A stretch of 64,000 bases of DNA from Acidobacteriota bacterium (lineage in GTDB: Bacteria > Acidobacteriota > Terriglobia > UBA7540). The position numbers and the translations under genes were made by a program. Below are positions 38,899-48,349 of the stretch, in pieces. A model generated the notes under the pieces. It did no database searches, was not told the origin of the DNA, and was given only the letters and a program-made list of their open reading frames with translations. The DNA lies in assembly GCA_003165315.1 (NCBI GenBank), contig PLSX01000216.1, forward strand, positions 21,172 to 85,171, in the 5' to 3' direction. Each line of letters opens with the position of its first letter. The stretch's first letter is position 1.

Positions 38899-40608
38899 AT
38901 GTTGGAAATCATTCGCACGGGAAGAGTATATGACGTGTGCGTCATCGGCTCGGGGGCTGCGGGCGGGGCTTCGGCCAAGGTGCTGACCGAGGGCGGGCTG
39001 AATGTGGTGATGCTGGAAGCTGGACCTATGCTGCACCCCGAAACGGACTACAAGGAGCACGTCTGGCCCTACGAGTTGGCGCATCGCGGCGCGGGCATTG
39101 GGGGCGGCGCTTTCAGCGATTATAGTAAGACCGAGCTCTTCGCCCCGAATGGCTACTGGAAAATCGAGGGTGAACCGTATACGAAAGCGCCGGGTTCCGA
39201 ATTCATGTGGTTCCGCTCGCGCATTTTGGGCGGACGCACGAATCATTGGGGCCGCATTGCCCTGCGCTTCGCCGAGGCGGATTTCCACGCGCACTCCAGC
39301 GACGGCCTGGGCGACGATTGGCCCATTACTTACCAGGACCTCGCCCCTTATTACGACAAAGTCGAGCGTTACATTGGCGTCTTTGGATCGAAAGAGAATA
39401 TCCCCAGCGCACCCGACGGGATTTTCCTGCCGCCACCCAAGCCTCGTTGTACCGATCTGATGGTGAAGCGCGGGTGCGATAAGTTGGGGATTCTCTGCGT
39501 GCCTTCGCGTCTTGCCATCCTTACGCAGTCGGTGAATGGACGCGCGCCGTGCCACTATTGCGACCAGTGCGTGCGTGGGTGCAAAACGGCATCGAACTTC
39601 AGCTCCAGCCAGGTTTTGATTCCTCCCGCCATGGCGACGGGACGCCTGACGATTGTGACCGGAGCGATGGCGCGGGAAATCGTGGTGAATGATGAGGGCA
39701 AGGCGACGGGAGTCTCCTATGTTGACAAGGCCACGCGGCGCGACCAGCAAGTGCGCGCAAGAGCCGTGGTGGTGGCGGGGAGTTCTTGTGAATCCGCAAG
39801 GCTGCTGCTGAATTCCCGGTCGCAGCGATTCCCCCAGGGTCTCGCCAATTCCTCCGGGGTGGTGGGACGTAATCTGATGGATTCCGTGGGCAGTCTCGGC
39901 GCGGGATATATTCCGGCGCTGGAGAAGATGCCCCCGCACAACCATGACGGCGTGGGCGCGATGCATCTTTACATCCCCTGGTGGAAATTCGACCGCAAGA
40001 ATGAGTTCTTGCGCGGCTACCACATTGAGTTTATGGGCGGGAAGACCATGCCGACGGCGGGCCAGTTCCATGGCGTCTGCCAACAGCATGAAGGTTATGG
40101 CCTGGATCTGAAGCGGCGATGCAAGGAGAAATACGGGGCGTTCATTCACTTTGGCGCCCGCGGTGAGATGATTCCCAACAAAGACACATATTGCGAGATT
40201 GATCCCAACACGGTCGACGAGTGGGGAATTCCCGTTCTGCGCTTCCATTTCCAGATGGGAGAGAACGAAATCACGATGGCGCGTGATATGCAGCAGACCT
40301 TTCGCTCCATCGTCGAGGCTGTGGGCGGAACCTATCTGACGGAGACTAAAGCGACGGGGAAATTTCCCCATGGTCTTCAGACCGGTGGCGAGGTGATCCA
40401 CGAAGTGGGCACAGTCCGCATGGGGAACGATCCCAAGACCTCGGCCCTCAACTCGTTCTGCCAAGCTCATGAGGTTAAAAACCTGTTCGTCACCGATGGT
40501 GGGTGTTTTGTGACCAATCCGGACAAGAATCCGACGCTTTCGATACTGGCCCTTTCCTGGCGGGCGTCAGAATACCTGCTGGACGAGGCGAGAAAAGGGA
40601 ATGTTTGA
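38899..40608 (+). CDS. GMC-family FAD-dependent oxidoreductase (gluconate 2-dehydrogenase flavoprotein-like)
   Basis: FAD-binding DVCVIGSGAAGGASAKVLTEGGLNVVMLEAG. C-terminal GMC region ...HEVGTVRMGNDPKTSALN...NLFVTDGG. 569 aa. Confidence 0.9.
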   Translation: MLEIIRTGRVYDVCVIGSGAAGGASAKVLTEGGLNVVMLEAGPMLHPETDYKEHVWPYELAHRGAGIGGGAFSDYSKTELFAPNGYWKIEGEPYTKAPGSEFMWFRSRILGGRTNHWGRIALRFAEADFHAHSSDGLGDDWPITYQDLAPYYDKVERYIGVFGSKENIPSAPDGIFLPPPKPRCTDLMVKRGCDKLGILCVPSRLAILTQSVNGRAPCHYCDQCVRGCKTASNFSSSQVLIPPAMATGRLTIVTGAMAREIVVNDEGKATGVSYVDKATRRDQQVRARAVVVAGSSCESARLLLNSRSQRFPQGLANSSGVVGRNLMDSVGSLGAGYIPALEKMPPHNHDGVGAMHLYIPWWKFDRKNEFLRGYHIEFMGGKTMPTAGQFHGVCQQHEGYGLDLKRRCKEKYGAFIHFGARGEMIPNKDTYCEIDPNTVDEWGIPVLRFHFQMGENEITMARDMQQTFRSIVEAVGGTYLTETKATGKFPHGLQTGGEVIHEVGTVRMGNDPKTSALNSFCQAHEVKNLFVTDGGCFVTNPDKNPTLSILALSWRASEYLLDEARKGNV

Positions 40609-40740
40609 AAAAGCTGTCAATTGGCCGTCGTCAGTTGTCCGTTGTCAGTTTTCGGTAGCAGACACAAGGGTGTACGGTTTGGATTTTACTGACAAATGAT
40701 GGCTGAGAGCTGAAGGCTGGTGTTCATTGGAGGACTTCTG

Positions 40741-41337
40741 ATGCCCCTTGATATAACACGCCGTGATGTACTTAAAAGTCTCGTTATGGGGATCTCCGGG
40801 GAATCGGTGCTGCATACGATGCCATTGCAGGCAGCGGAGCAAGTGCACCGCATGGTCATGGAGGAACGAGGCCAGGCCTCCCGGGGCGATTACGCTCCCA
40901 AGTTTTTCACCGCGCACGCGTATCAGACTCTGCAGTTACTGTGCCAGACGATCATTCCCCCTGACGGTGAAACGGGCGGCGCATTGGAAGCGGGCGCCCC
41001 GGAATTCATTGATTTGCTGACCAGTGAGAATCATGACTACCAGTTGGTTCTGGGCGGCGGCATTGCCTGGCTCGACCTCACTTGCAATGACCGGTATGGA
41101 CATGCCTTCCTTGAATGCGTCGCAGCGCAACAGAAGGAAATCCTCGATCAGATCGCTTATCGTGAAAATGGGCAGAAGGACCCTGCGCTTGGGCCCGGCA
41201 TCAGGTTCTTCTCCCTCCTGCGTGACCTCACCACGGATGGATTCTTCACCAGCAAAATCGGCATCAAGTACCTGGAGTACATCGGCAACACCTATGTGGC
41301 GGAATTCCCCGGGTGCCCGCCGCTTCCGGAAAGCTGA
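40741..41337 (+). CDS. gluconate 2-dehydrogenase subunit 3 family protein (Tat signal)
   Basis: MPLDITRRDVLKSLVMGISG twin-arginine leader from the Met at 40741 (GGAGGA upstream). It lies directly downstream of the GMC flavoprotein, which is the usual pairing. Confidence 0.8.
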   Translation: MPLDITRRDVLKSLVMGISGESVLHTMPLQAAEQVHRMVMEERGQASRGDYAPKFFTAHAYQTLQLLCQTIIPPDGETGGALEAGAPEFIDLLTSENHDYQLVLGGGIAWLDLTCNDRYGHAFLECVAAQQKEILDQIAYRENGQKDPALGPGIRFFSLLRDLTTDGFFTSKIGIKYLEYIGNTYVAEFPGCPPLPES

Positions 41338-41418
41338 CGCGAGGCTTTAAAAATGCTCGGATGACGCGCCTCGATGAAAATCTTGGCGAGCTCGCGCGGT
41401 AGCATTTAGAATATAGCC

Positions 41419-41910
41419 ATGCGGAAAATCCACTTCATGGTGTTGGCTGCACTCCTCGCCTGCTCCGCGGAAATGTTTGCGCAAGATAATTCGGCAAAGC
41501 CGGCAGAAGCGTCAACCAAAGCCAAGTCAGACGCGGGTTCCAAGATTCCACCGACGCACAAATTCTGGGACGAGGAAAATGATCTCCTCTTTGCGGGCGT
41601 TGGCGCCGCCCGAATGTTGGACTACGCTTCCACCCGCCACTTTCGCGACCAGGGCGACAACGAAGTGCTGCTGACCAATGGCATCGTGGATAACCGGCCG
41701 CTCTTTGTGGGAATTGAACTTGCGGGAACGGCCGCCTCCATCGGTGTCTCTTACCTCTTTCATCGCGCCGGCCACCACACCCTTGAGCGTTGGGTCTCCA
41801 TCGCGCACATTGGCATCGGTGTGGGCGGGTCCATTCACAACTACACCTTGAAGCCAGCGCCAGGATTTGGCCAGCCCGTGGCGTCCGGACTATTTCCCCC
41901 CGCGCGCTAA
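41419..41910 (+). CDS. secreted/membrane hypothetical protein
   Basis: Signal peptide MRKIHFMVLAALLACSAEMFAQ and two later hydrophobic segments. No family recognised. Confidence 0.5.
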   Translation: MRKIHFMVLAALLACSAEMFAQDNSAKPAEASTKAKSDAGSKIPPTHKFWDEENDLLFAGVGAARMLDYASTRHFRDQGDNEVLLTNGIVDNRPLFVGIELAGTAASIGVSYLFHRAGHHTLERWVSIAHIGIGVGGSIHNYTLKPAPGFGQPVASGLFPPAR

Positions 41911-42062
41911 CCCTTGAGCCACGCACCAGCACCGATCGGTTCATGATTCGAAGATGGCTTGTTGCCGGAAACTGCGGTCGTTGGAAAGGGGGGAGGCCGA
42001 CACGGGAACGAGGGACATATTTCCCTCGGAATGGGATGAAAGAAGGCAATCTTAGCGACCCA

Positions 42063-42866
42063 TCATCGAGTGATATTTCGCAGATGCTCCACGCTATAAA
42101 GTTTGGCCAGCAAATCGACATTCTGAACAGGGCGGCCCGCGGCGGGGGGCACGTAGAGAGTGAATCCCGCATGAAGCTGTTCCGCTCGCTCGCCCATCTC
42201 CTCCAGCGCAAACCGCAAAATGGTCGGCGGCATCAAGGGGTGAGGCGAGCAGTACATGGCCACCACCGGGTGCCCCGCCGGATAGAATTGCTTCAGGTGG
42301 GTGACGAAGCGCGTGAATCGTTCCGGGCGCGAAATCCGGTGGCTATGTAGTGCGGTTTCGATGGGGCCGATTTGCCAGATGATGGCAGGCACATCGTTTT
42401 GCAAGGGCCGCCGGCGAAGAAGCAGGTCCGTGGCCTCATACATCTGCAGGCCATGAACGACGGGGTCAAGCCGCAGGTCTGCAAGCAATGCATCAAGGGC
42501 GGAGACGCCCGGCAGGATTTCCACTTCGAGTTTAAGCGCTTTCGCCATTTCCAGCACCAAAAAGGGCGCGTGAACCGCCACCACCGGATGCCCGTGAATG
42601 GCGAAGGTCACGGGTGGATTTCCCAGCGCCGCCTGCACCACCTTGATCGCCATGTGCTCATAGGCACTCAGACGCGGACGTTCGTCGAAATAGCTCTGCT
42701 CAAAAAGGGCCGTGACCTTCGGGCATAAACTTCTCAGGTAAGCCTCGGTGGCTACCCCCGCATCGAGATAGAGGACCTCACGCGAGGCGCGTAGTGCCTG
42801 CTCAACTTCGCGCGTAACTTGATTGATGCCCCGCACTCCGAGTCCGGCGATCCAGATGTCCGTCAT
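42063..42866 (-). CDS. borosin-type (OphMA/SonM-like) SAM-dependent peptide alpha-N-methyltransferase, tetrapyrrole-methylase fold
   Basis: 267 aa with GLGVRGINQVT, SYFDERPRLSAY, FAIHGHPVVAV, LPGVSALDALLADLRLDP, YEATDLLLRRRP, IIWQIG and LYVPPA. By eye these match remembered OphMA/SonM strings in the same order. It lacks the GxGPGD loop of cobalamin/sirohaem methylases. Confidence 0.7.
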   Translation of the reverse strand: MTDIWIAGLGVRGINQVTREVEQALRASREVLYLDAGVATEAYLRSLCPKVTALFEQSYFDERPRLSAYEHMAIKVVQAALGNPPVTFAIHGHPVVAVHAPFLVLEMAKALKLEVEILPGVSALDALLADLRLDPVVHGLQMYEATDLLLRRRPLQNDVPAIIWQIGPIETALHSHRISRPERFTRFVTHLKQFYPAGHPVVAMYCSPHPLMPPTILRFALEEMGERAEQLHAGFTLYVPPAAGRPVQNVDLLAKLYSVEHLRNITR

Positions 42867-43702
42867 CGCACATCTCCCTGGTGCAAGGCATGCAAGAGAT
42901 CCACCAGCCTGTTGTATTTCTCACTGCTTGAAGCGTTGCGGACTGCGGCCACTGCGGCCTCCACCGGCGCGGAATCAAGGGGACTCTTAAAGGGAGAAGC
43001 GTCTATGTCCCCGGAGCTTTCCGGCGGTGGCGGCAGGGTGACGCTCGAAGCAGGGAGAAACGAACCCCACATGCCCAGCTGAGGATTTCCGTATGCATTT
43101 TGAGATTGCACCGCGGCAATCCGGATGACCGCATACAGGGGCGCAAGTGGTTCGCCGGGAAGCACTGTGCCAGCGGGGGATGGCAGACTGGCCGGGTCAA
43201 TACCATCCGTCAGGGGATTCACCCAAAGCACATAGCTGATTCCTTTGAATTGACCGTTCTCGCGCAGCGCGCAGGGAACCACGGTCAATGCCATCAGGCT
43301 ATCCGGCAGCGCGCGCGCGGCACTCTCCTCGGCAGGTGCAACGGGCACGGCTGGCGCTTCCCCTGCTGGCATGGGCATGCTGGCCACATCGGCCGGGATC
43401 TCGTCCATCGCAGGCGGCGCTGGGGATTTCATTCTGCGTTCCAGCGCCGCGCCCAGCAAGGGGAGCAGACGGTGGTCAGGCCGCCGCAGAAGTTCGCGCT
43501 CCTCCACAGTGAGATCATAAATCTGAAAAACCTCGTCGGGGGATTCCAGCAAGCGTTGGCAAAGGTCCGGTTGAAGCGCCGACTCTATGAGCAACTCGTC
43601 GATTTTGGGTTTCGCCACAGTCGTCCTGTCTTTTGGTGAAGATGTGATGGTCGTAATGGATTTGGGCGAACAGAATACCACGGCGGGCAAAGCTGAAATC
43701 AA
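42863..43702 (-). CDS. borosin precursor-like protein: N-terminal borosin-binding-domain-like helices plus a long C-terminal extension
   Basis: Its stop overlaps the methyltransferase start (ATGA). The N-terminal KIDELLIESALQPDLCQRLLESPDEVFQIYDLTVEERELL resembles the SonA-type leader. The likely start is GTG 43618, with AGGA 5 nt upstream, giving ~251 aa. Confidence 0.55.
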   Translation of the reverse strand: MISALPAVVFCSPKSITTITSSPKDRTTVAKPKIDELLIESALQPDLCQRLLESPDEVFQIYDLTVEERELLRRPDHRLLPLLGAALERRMKSPAPPAMDEIPADVASMPMPAGEAPAVPVAPAEESAARALPDSLMALTVVPCALRENGQFKGISYVLWVNPLTDGIDPASLPSPAGTVLPGEPLAPLYAVIRIAAVQSQNAYGNPQLGMWGSFLPASSVTLPPPPESSGDIDASPFKSPLDSAPVEAAVAAVRNASSSEKYNRLVDLLHALHQGDVR

Positions 43703-43826
43703 AAAGCTTCAGAATCGGGCGGGCGAGAAGAGCCGCAGACCTTGAATAAAAAGCCTGCGGCTACCCGGCGCAATGGGTGGGGGAAGTTTGAAACAATAAA
43801 GACAGTAAACCTTGCGAAGAACTAAT

Positions 43827-44321
43827 TCAGTTTGGTTCCTGCTTCCGCGTGAACCGGTAATTGCGAATGGCGAAAGCGAGTGCCGGGGAATTCTTATTTC
43901 CGCGAGTCTTCTTATCAACGCGGACAACCTCACATTTGCAAATGACCTCGGCATGGGAGCCATCGGCTCTCGTTGGGGGAACTTCAAGCCTCACATCAAC
44001 CATGGTTGAAGGCTTCAGGATCGACTTCGTCCGGAACAGGACCCCTGTATGGCTGACGTTCTCCGTCCGTGCCTCATGCCACTCCGTGCTGTCCGCGGTC
44101 CGATAGCGCACAGGCAGTTGGACCAGGAAGCGAGCCGCCCGAGTCGAGCCTTCCGGTTCTCTTCTTGCCATGGTGTCGTTTTCTTCTGTGCTGGTGGTGG
44201 CCAGTTGAGCTTTTGTTATCATATTTCTTTCTTGCACCTTCAAATCTATCATTTCCGGCTTTGAGAGTTGCCGACTTCCCCGCCTTCGAGAAGCTAGGTC
44301 TTTGTTCACAGCATGCCTCAT
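43827..44321 (-). CDS. PilZ-domain protein (c-di-GMP motif partly degenerate)
   Basis: ...TRAARFLVQLPVRYR...ENVSHTGVLF... The (D/N)xSxxG motif is present and the RxxxR motif is imperfect. The start is uncertain (Met at 44321, 44252, 44222 or 44171). Confidence 0.55.
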   Translation of the reverse strand: MRHAVNKDLASRRRGSRQLSKPEMIDLKVQERNMITKAQLATTSTEENDTMARREPEGSTRAARFLVQLPVRYRTADSTEWHEARTENVSHTGVLFRTKSILKPSTMVDVRLEVPPTRADGSHAEVICKCEVVRVDKKTRGNKNSPALAFAIRNYRFTRKQEPN

Positions 44322-44612
44322 GCCAAAAGGCCAAATAGTTGATGCGGCCTAAAAGTCCGAAATCACACGACTTACAGGTTTTTGTGAATGTATAAGCTGG
44401 CGCGCCAGGAATAAGATGGGAAGATTTTTATTTCCCAGGTAATGTCTACACGGCAGGGTCCAGGGGAGTTGCCCGCAACCCGTCCAGTTCTCCCGGATCG
44501 GGAGATTGCGTTTGCCGCAGTCCCAAGTTGGTCCCGGCGGAGGCATTCCCTTCCCGCCCTACCGGTCCATTGCATTAATGTCGTTCCCCCTCGAATTTCC
44601 AGACCTAAAATC

Positions 44613-45197
44613 ATGGCAAGGGCGAGGGCGCACGTGCTAAACTTCAATCCAACGCCAAGGAGGATGACCAGACCGTTGAGCCTACCCTCGATACCACCCA
44701 CGGCAACCCCCTGCGCGCAATGTGGCGCCCCCCTTAATCCTGCAGAAACCGCTCACATCTGCCCACATGGTTGCGGAACGTTGCACATGCAATGTGTCGA
44801 CGCCCATTCCACGAAGCACAAGCCGCCAAAATCTCCCGAGGCGGAACCTGTTGATGCCCCAACATTACCCGGCATTGGAACGCTTTGCCCGCAATGTGGC
44901 GCCCCTGTCCATCCTGAAGAAACGGCGCACGTCTGCCCTTACGGTTGCGGGACAGTTCACCTGCAATGCCTCTACGCCCATTCCAGGAAGCACAAACCAA
45001 TAAATTCTTCCGAGCCCGAACGCGTGAACCTTCCTCCATTACCCGCCATTGGAACGCATTGTGCGCATTGTTATGCTCCCATCAAGCCGGAAGAAACAGT
45101 TCAGGTTTGCACTTATTGCTGCGGAACCCTGCATGTGGTATGTGTCGACTCCCATAATGCCAGGCACAACCAACCACATTCTCACCCCTGGGTTTAG
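44613..45197 (+). CDS. Cys/His-rich protein made of three tandem 58-aa zinc-binding-like repeats
   Basis: The first Cys codons of the three repeats are at 44712, 44886 and 45060, an exact 174-nt period. Each repeat has C-x2-C-x12-C-x3-C-x3-H-x2-C-x3-H-x3-H. The start is uncertain (Met 44613, or 44667 directly after AAGGAGG). Confidence 0.6.
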   Translation: MARARAHVLNFNPTPRRMTRPLSLPSIPPTATPCAQCGAPLNPAETAHICPHGCGTLHMQCVDAHSTKHKPPKSPEAEPVDAPTLPGIGTLCPQCGAPVHPEETAHVCPYGCGTVHLQCLYAHSRKHKPINSSEPERVNLPPLPAIGTHCAHCYAPIKPEETVQVCTYCCGTLHVVCVDSHNARHNQPHSHPWV

Positions 45198-45231
45198 CAC
45201 CTTTCCCAATGAACTCCGCTCGGGCACCTGG

Positions 45232-46299
45232 TTACGCGGGTTCCAGCGCGGATACCGGCCGCGCGGTGCTGGGCAATTCTCGTTTGACGAAGTAGGTGGG
45301 TTCTTTCAGCTCCCGGATTAGCGTGGGGACGATCTCGCGGTAGGCTTCCCAGAGGCTGTTGTAGGGTTTAGGCATGTCGCCCTTTATTTCCTGGTGCAGC
45401 TTTCCCAGTGCGTGGTAGGGCACCATGGGGAACATGTGGTGCTCGATGTGGTAGTTCATCTCCCAATAGATGAAGCGGAAGATGGGATTCATGTAGATGG
45501 TGCGGGTGTTCAGGCGGTGGTCAAGAATATCCTCCGCCAGCCCCGCATGCTGGGTCACGCTGAAGATATGCATCAACCAGCCTCCGTAGAAGGCGGGCAG
45601 GCCGACGTACATCAGCGGCAGGATGGTGTGCTTTGTTATGCACAGGGTAATAAGCGCCGCGTAGATCAGCACGTAGATGCGCGCGTTGCGATAAACCTTG
45701 TGGCGCTCGGAATCAGGAATGTAGGTCTCCTCCGCCGGGGTAAGCCATCCAAAACAGTGGCGCAGGATTTCCGCAAATTCCATGGGTACCCGCTTCAGAT
45801 TGAAAACGTCCATGGTGATGGCCCACAGATTGGGGGGGCGGGGGGCGGGGATTTCCGGGTCGCGGCCCACGATAATGGTGTCCGTGTGGTGCCGGGTGTG
45901 GCTCCACCGCCAGGGCACCGATTCAAAGATGTACATGAACGAGGCAATTTCATACAGCGCATCGTTCATCCACTGGGTCTTGAACGCCGTGCCATGCCCC
46001 GACTCGTGCCAGCGCGGTCCGGAGGCCGATCCGTAAAGGACGCCATAAACCAGGAAGCAGGGAACCGCCCACCACGTATGCCAGGTCAGAAATCCGAGCG
46101 TGCCGGAAATGATGATGGCGGCAAACCAGATCACCGTATCGCGAATGGCCGGCCCGTCGCGCCGCTGCATGAGTTCCCTCATCCGCGCGCGCGAAAGCTT
46201 GCAGGCATACCACTCCGCATTGGCCAGCCCACGCTCCTCGGCCAATTTGGCCTCACGCCCAATCAAACTGTAATCACGCTTGGTGATTTCCACTGCCAT
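45232..46299 (-). CDS. membrane fatty-acid desaturase family protein
   Basis: Three His boxes: HESGHG, HTRHH and HIEHHMFP. Hydrophobic segments lie between them. Start at MAVEITK (46299), with AGGGG upstream. Confidence 0.85.
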   Translation of the reverse strand: MAVEITKRDYSLIGREAKLAEERGLANAEWYACKLSRARMRELMQRRDGPAIRDTVIWFAAIIISGTLGFLTWHTWWAVPCFLVYGVLYGSASGPRWHESGHGTAFKTQWMNDALYEIASFMYIFESVPWRWSHTRHHTDTIIVGRDPEIPAPRPPNLWAITMDVFNLKRVPMEFAEILRHCFGWLTPAEETYIPDSERHKVYRNARIYVLIYAALITLCITKHTILPLMYVGLPAFYGGWLMHIFSVTQHAGLAEDILDHRLNTRTIYMNPIFRFIYWEMNYHIEHHMFPMVPYHALGKLHQEIKGDMPKPYNSLWEAYREIVPTLIRELKEPTYFVKRELPSTARPVSALEPA

Positions 46300-46883
46300 T
46301 CTGAACCCCTGTTGGTTTGCCCTTCGAAACGGCTTGTCACTTGTTATGCGGACCTCACGCTGATGCGTTCTGTCCGGCCGCAAACATACCCCACGCCTTA
46401 ATTATGGCACAATCAAGGGGCGGAATTGAACGCATCAATCCAACTCATTCCGGGCGCCGTAGCACTCAAAGTGCGCACAACTCCGGGTTGCCTGCTTTGG
46501 CGACAAATCGGAAGCGGGATTCGGTCCATGCCGCGATTTTTTTGGCCGCGAAAATATAGGCCTTTAGGGGGCCCTTTTTTGAAATAACGCGAAGAGAGCT
46601 ATGCGAGGGTGGAGACTGACGGGTCGCCGGGCGCAAAAAACGCGTTTTGCGCAAGTCAAATTGTCCTGCGAATTTCTTAGGATTCGGGACAAGGGATACG
46701 GGATTCGGGACACGCGGGGCAATTTGGAATTAAGAATTATGCGTCGAAGTGTTCGTTCCGGGCCTCAATTCCTAATTCTTAATTCGTAATTCTTAATTGG
46801 TCTTTCCGCCCCCGGCAGCCGGAACTAAACACTAGTACAGTGCGTCACAGATCCGGCAACATTCAATTTGCGGCGGGCGTGAC

Positions 46884-46933
46884 GTAGCGTCGGGCTTTAG
46901 CCCGGCATGTGCCGCCCTAAAGGGCGGCGCTAC
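46884..46933. repeat. GTAGCG...CGCTAC REP-like element with two internal hairpins
   Basis: GTAGCG, then CGGGCTTTAGCCCG, CATGT, GCCGCCCTAAAGGGCGGC, then CGCTAC. Confidence 0.7.
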
Positions 46934-47260
46934 AAGGTGCGTTTTCTGTGGCGCACTACACTAGCCACTCCCCACTAACCACTGCTCTTGATGTTTTTCC
47001 TTCTCCCCGGGGAGAAGGTGGCGGAGGGACGACGCCGGATGAGGGGTCCCTTTCATGTGCCCACACGCCTGGGCCGGATGGGTTGCGTTGAACTTTGTAA
47101 AGGTCCCTTCGGGAGATCGCAGAATTCAAAGTGCCGAAGTCTGCGCCAGCCTCGGGGGAACCAATCCCGTGCCATTCAAGCTCTTGCTGTATCCATGCAC
47201 TCTATGTATGCTCCACGCAACGGACGCCAGATTTGCTATTATGGGTGTCCAGAGAAACGA

Positions 47261-47728
47261 ATGCCTCCATTAAGCTACCGACAAAACGAGGTCAGTTTTT
47301 GCGCTGACGTTTCAAAGTGGTCAGATAAGATCTTTGAAACCCATCCCGAGTTGCTTTTTGGTTCGTCTGAAATTGAACGCGTTGGACGCGGCAGCCGACA
47401 GAGACAAGATTTTCGCCTCTACGAACGGAAAGAGGGCGGGCGCGGCAAGCTGGCACTTTGCGGCGAGGTCAAACTTCCGGGCGCGGCCCAGGGCAGTTCC
47501 CCGTTCGGCATGGCCCTGATGGAGGATGCGTTCCTGAAGGCTACGCGCGAGGGATGTCGTTACTTTTTCACATGGAATGTCGAACACCTTGCGCTTTTCG
47601 ACTGCAAAAGGTGGGACGCCGCCTCGATGCACGAGCGTTGCGTCGGCGAGTGGAAGCTCGGCGCTGAACTCAACAGGCCTGAACCTGACGATTGCATTCA
47701 CATGCGGTGGGTTGTATCTTACCTGTAA
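47261..47728 (+). CDS. hypothetical protein with PD-(D/E)xK-like nuclease motif, possible restriction-enzyme remnant
   Basis: ...RQDFRLYERKEGGRGKLALCGEVKLPG... fits a D...(D/E)xK pattern. It lies immediately upstream of a C5-methyltransferase fragment. It is short (155 aa from Met 47261) and ends abruptly. Confidence 0.35.
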   Translation: MPPLSYRQNEVSFCADVSKWSDKIFETHPELLFGSSEIERVGRGSRQRQDFRLYERKEGGRGKLALCGEVKLPGAAQGSSPFGMALMEDAFLKATREGCRYFFTWNVEHLALFDCKRWDAASMHERCVGEWKLGAELNRPEPDDCIHMRWVVSYL

Positions 47729-47798
47729 GTCGGCAATTGAGAACGAGCATCCCCGTCGATTGGCCGTTGCATCGGAACTTTCGGTCAACAAATGATAG

Positions 47799-48341
47799 AT
47801 GATGAATAGAAAATCCAGAGCTAAAAAGACTCGTCGCTTAATGGCAGGTGGCCGGCCCAGAGTCCTTGATCTGTTCTCTGGATGCGGCGGTCTTTCTCTC
47901 GGGTTGCATCGGACCGACTTTGAGATCGTCGCCGCTGTCGAGATTGACCCATTGGCGGCAGCCTCCCATAGGCTGAATTTCCACGGTGGTCTCGATAAAA
48001 TCGAGTCAGGTGATCTGGCCCGAGACATTACCAAAGTGGAAGCCGAAGAGTTAATGGGGGAGTCCGCTCCCGGAATACCACCTAATGAAGCAATTGACGT
48101 AATTGTCGGTGGCCCACCGTGTCAGGCCTTTGCCAGAGTGGGCAGAGCTAAACTCCGCGAGGTCCAGGACCACCCTACAGCCTTCAAACAGGACCCCAAA
48201 GGAAATCTCTACCTCCGTTATCTCGACTACGTCCGGCGTCTTGAGCCCTTGGCGATTCTGATGGAAAACGTGCCTGACGTATTGAACTACGGCGGACACA
48301 ATATCGCAGAGGAGACCTGCAAGGCCGCGATTTCTTTGTGA
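47799..48341 (+). pseudogene. DNA (cytosine-5)-methyltransferase, N-terminal half only
   Basis: Motif I DLFSGCGGLSLG, motif IV GGPPCQAFARVG and motif VI ENVPDV are present. The ORF stops ~25 codons later, so motifs VIII-X and the target-recognition domain are absent. Confidence 0.75.
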
Positions 48342-48349
48342 GGCCGTCT

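Noticed and set aside
38830-40470. Long antisense ORF (546 aa) opposite the GMC oxidoreductase. Similar antisense ORFs at 250-1044, 1069-2205, 27148-28158, 32554-33510, 45394-46401, 51947-53257, 58358-59104 and 63164-63970
   Set aside because: These are typical high-GC shadow ORFs. They have Arg/Gly/Pro/His-rich low-complexity translations and no recognisable motifs. Each fully overlaps a gene with clear family signatures on the other strand.
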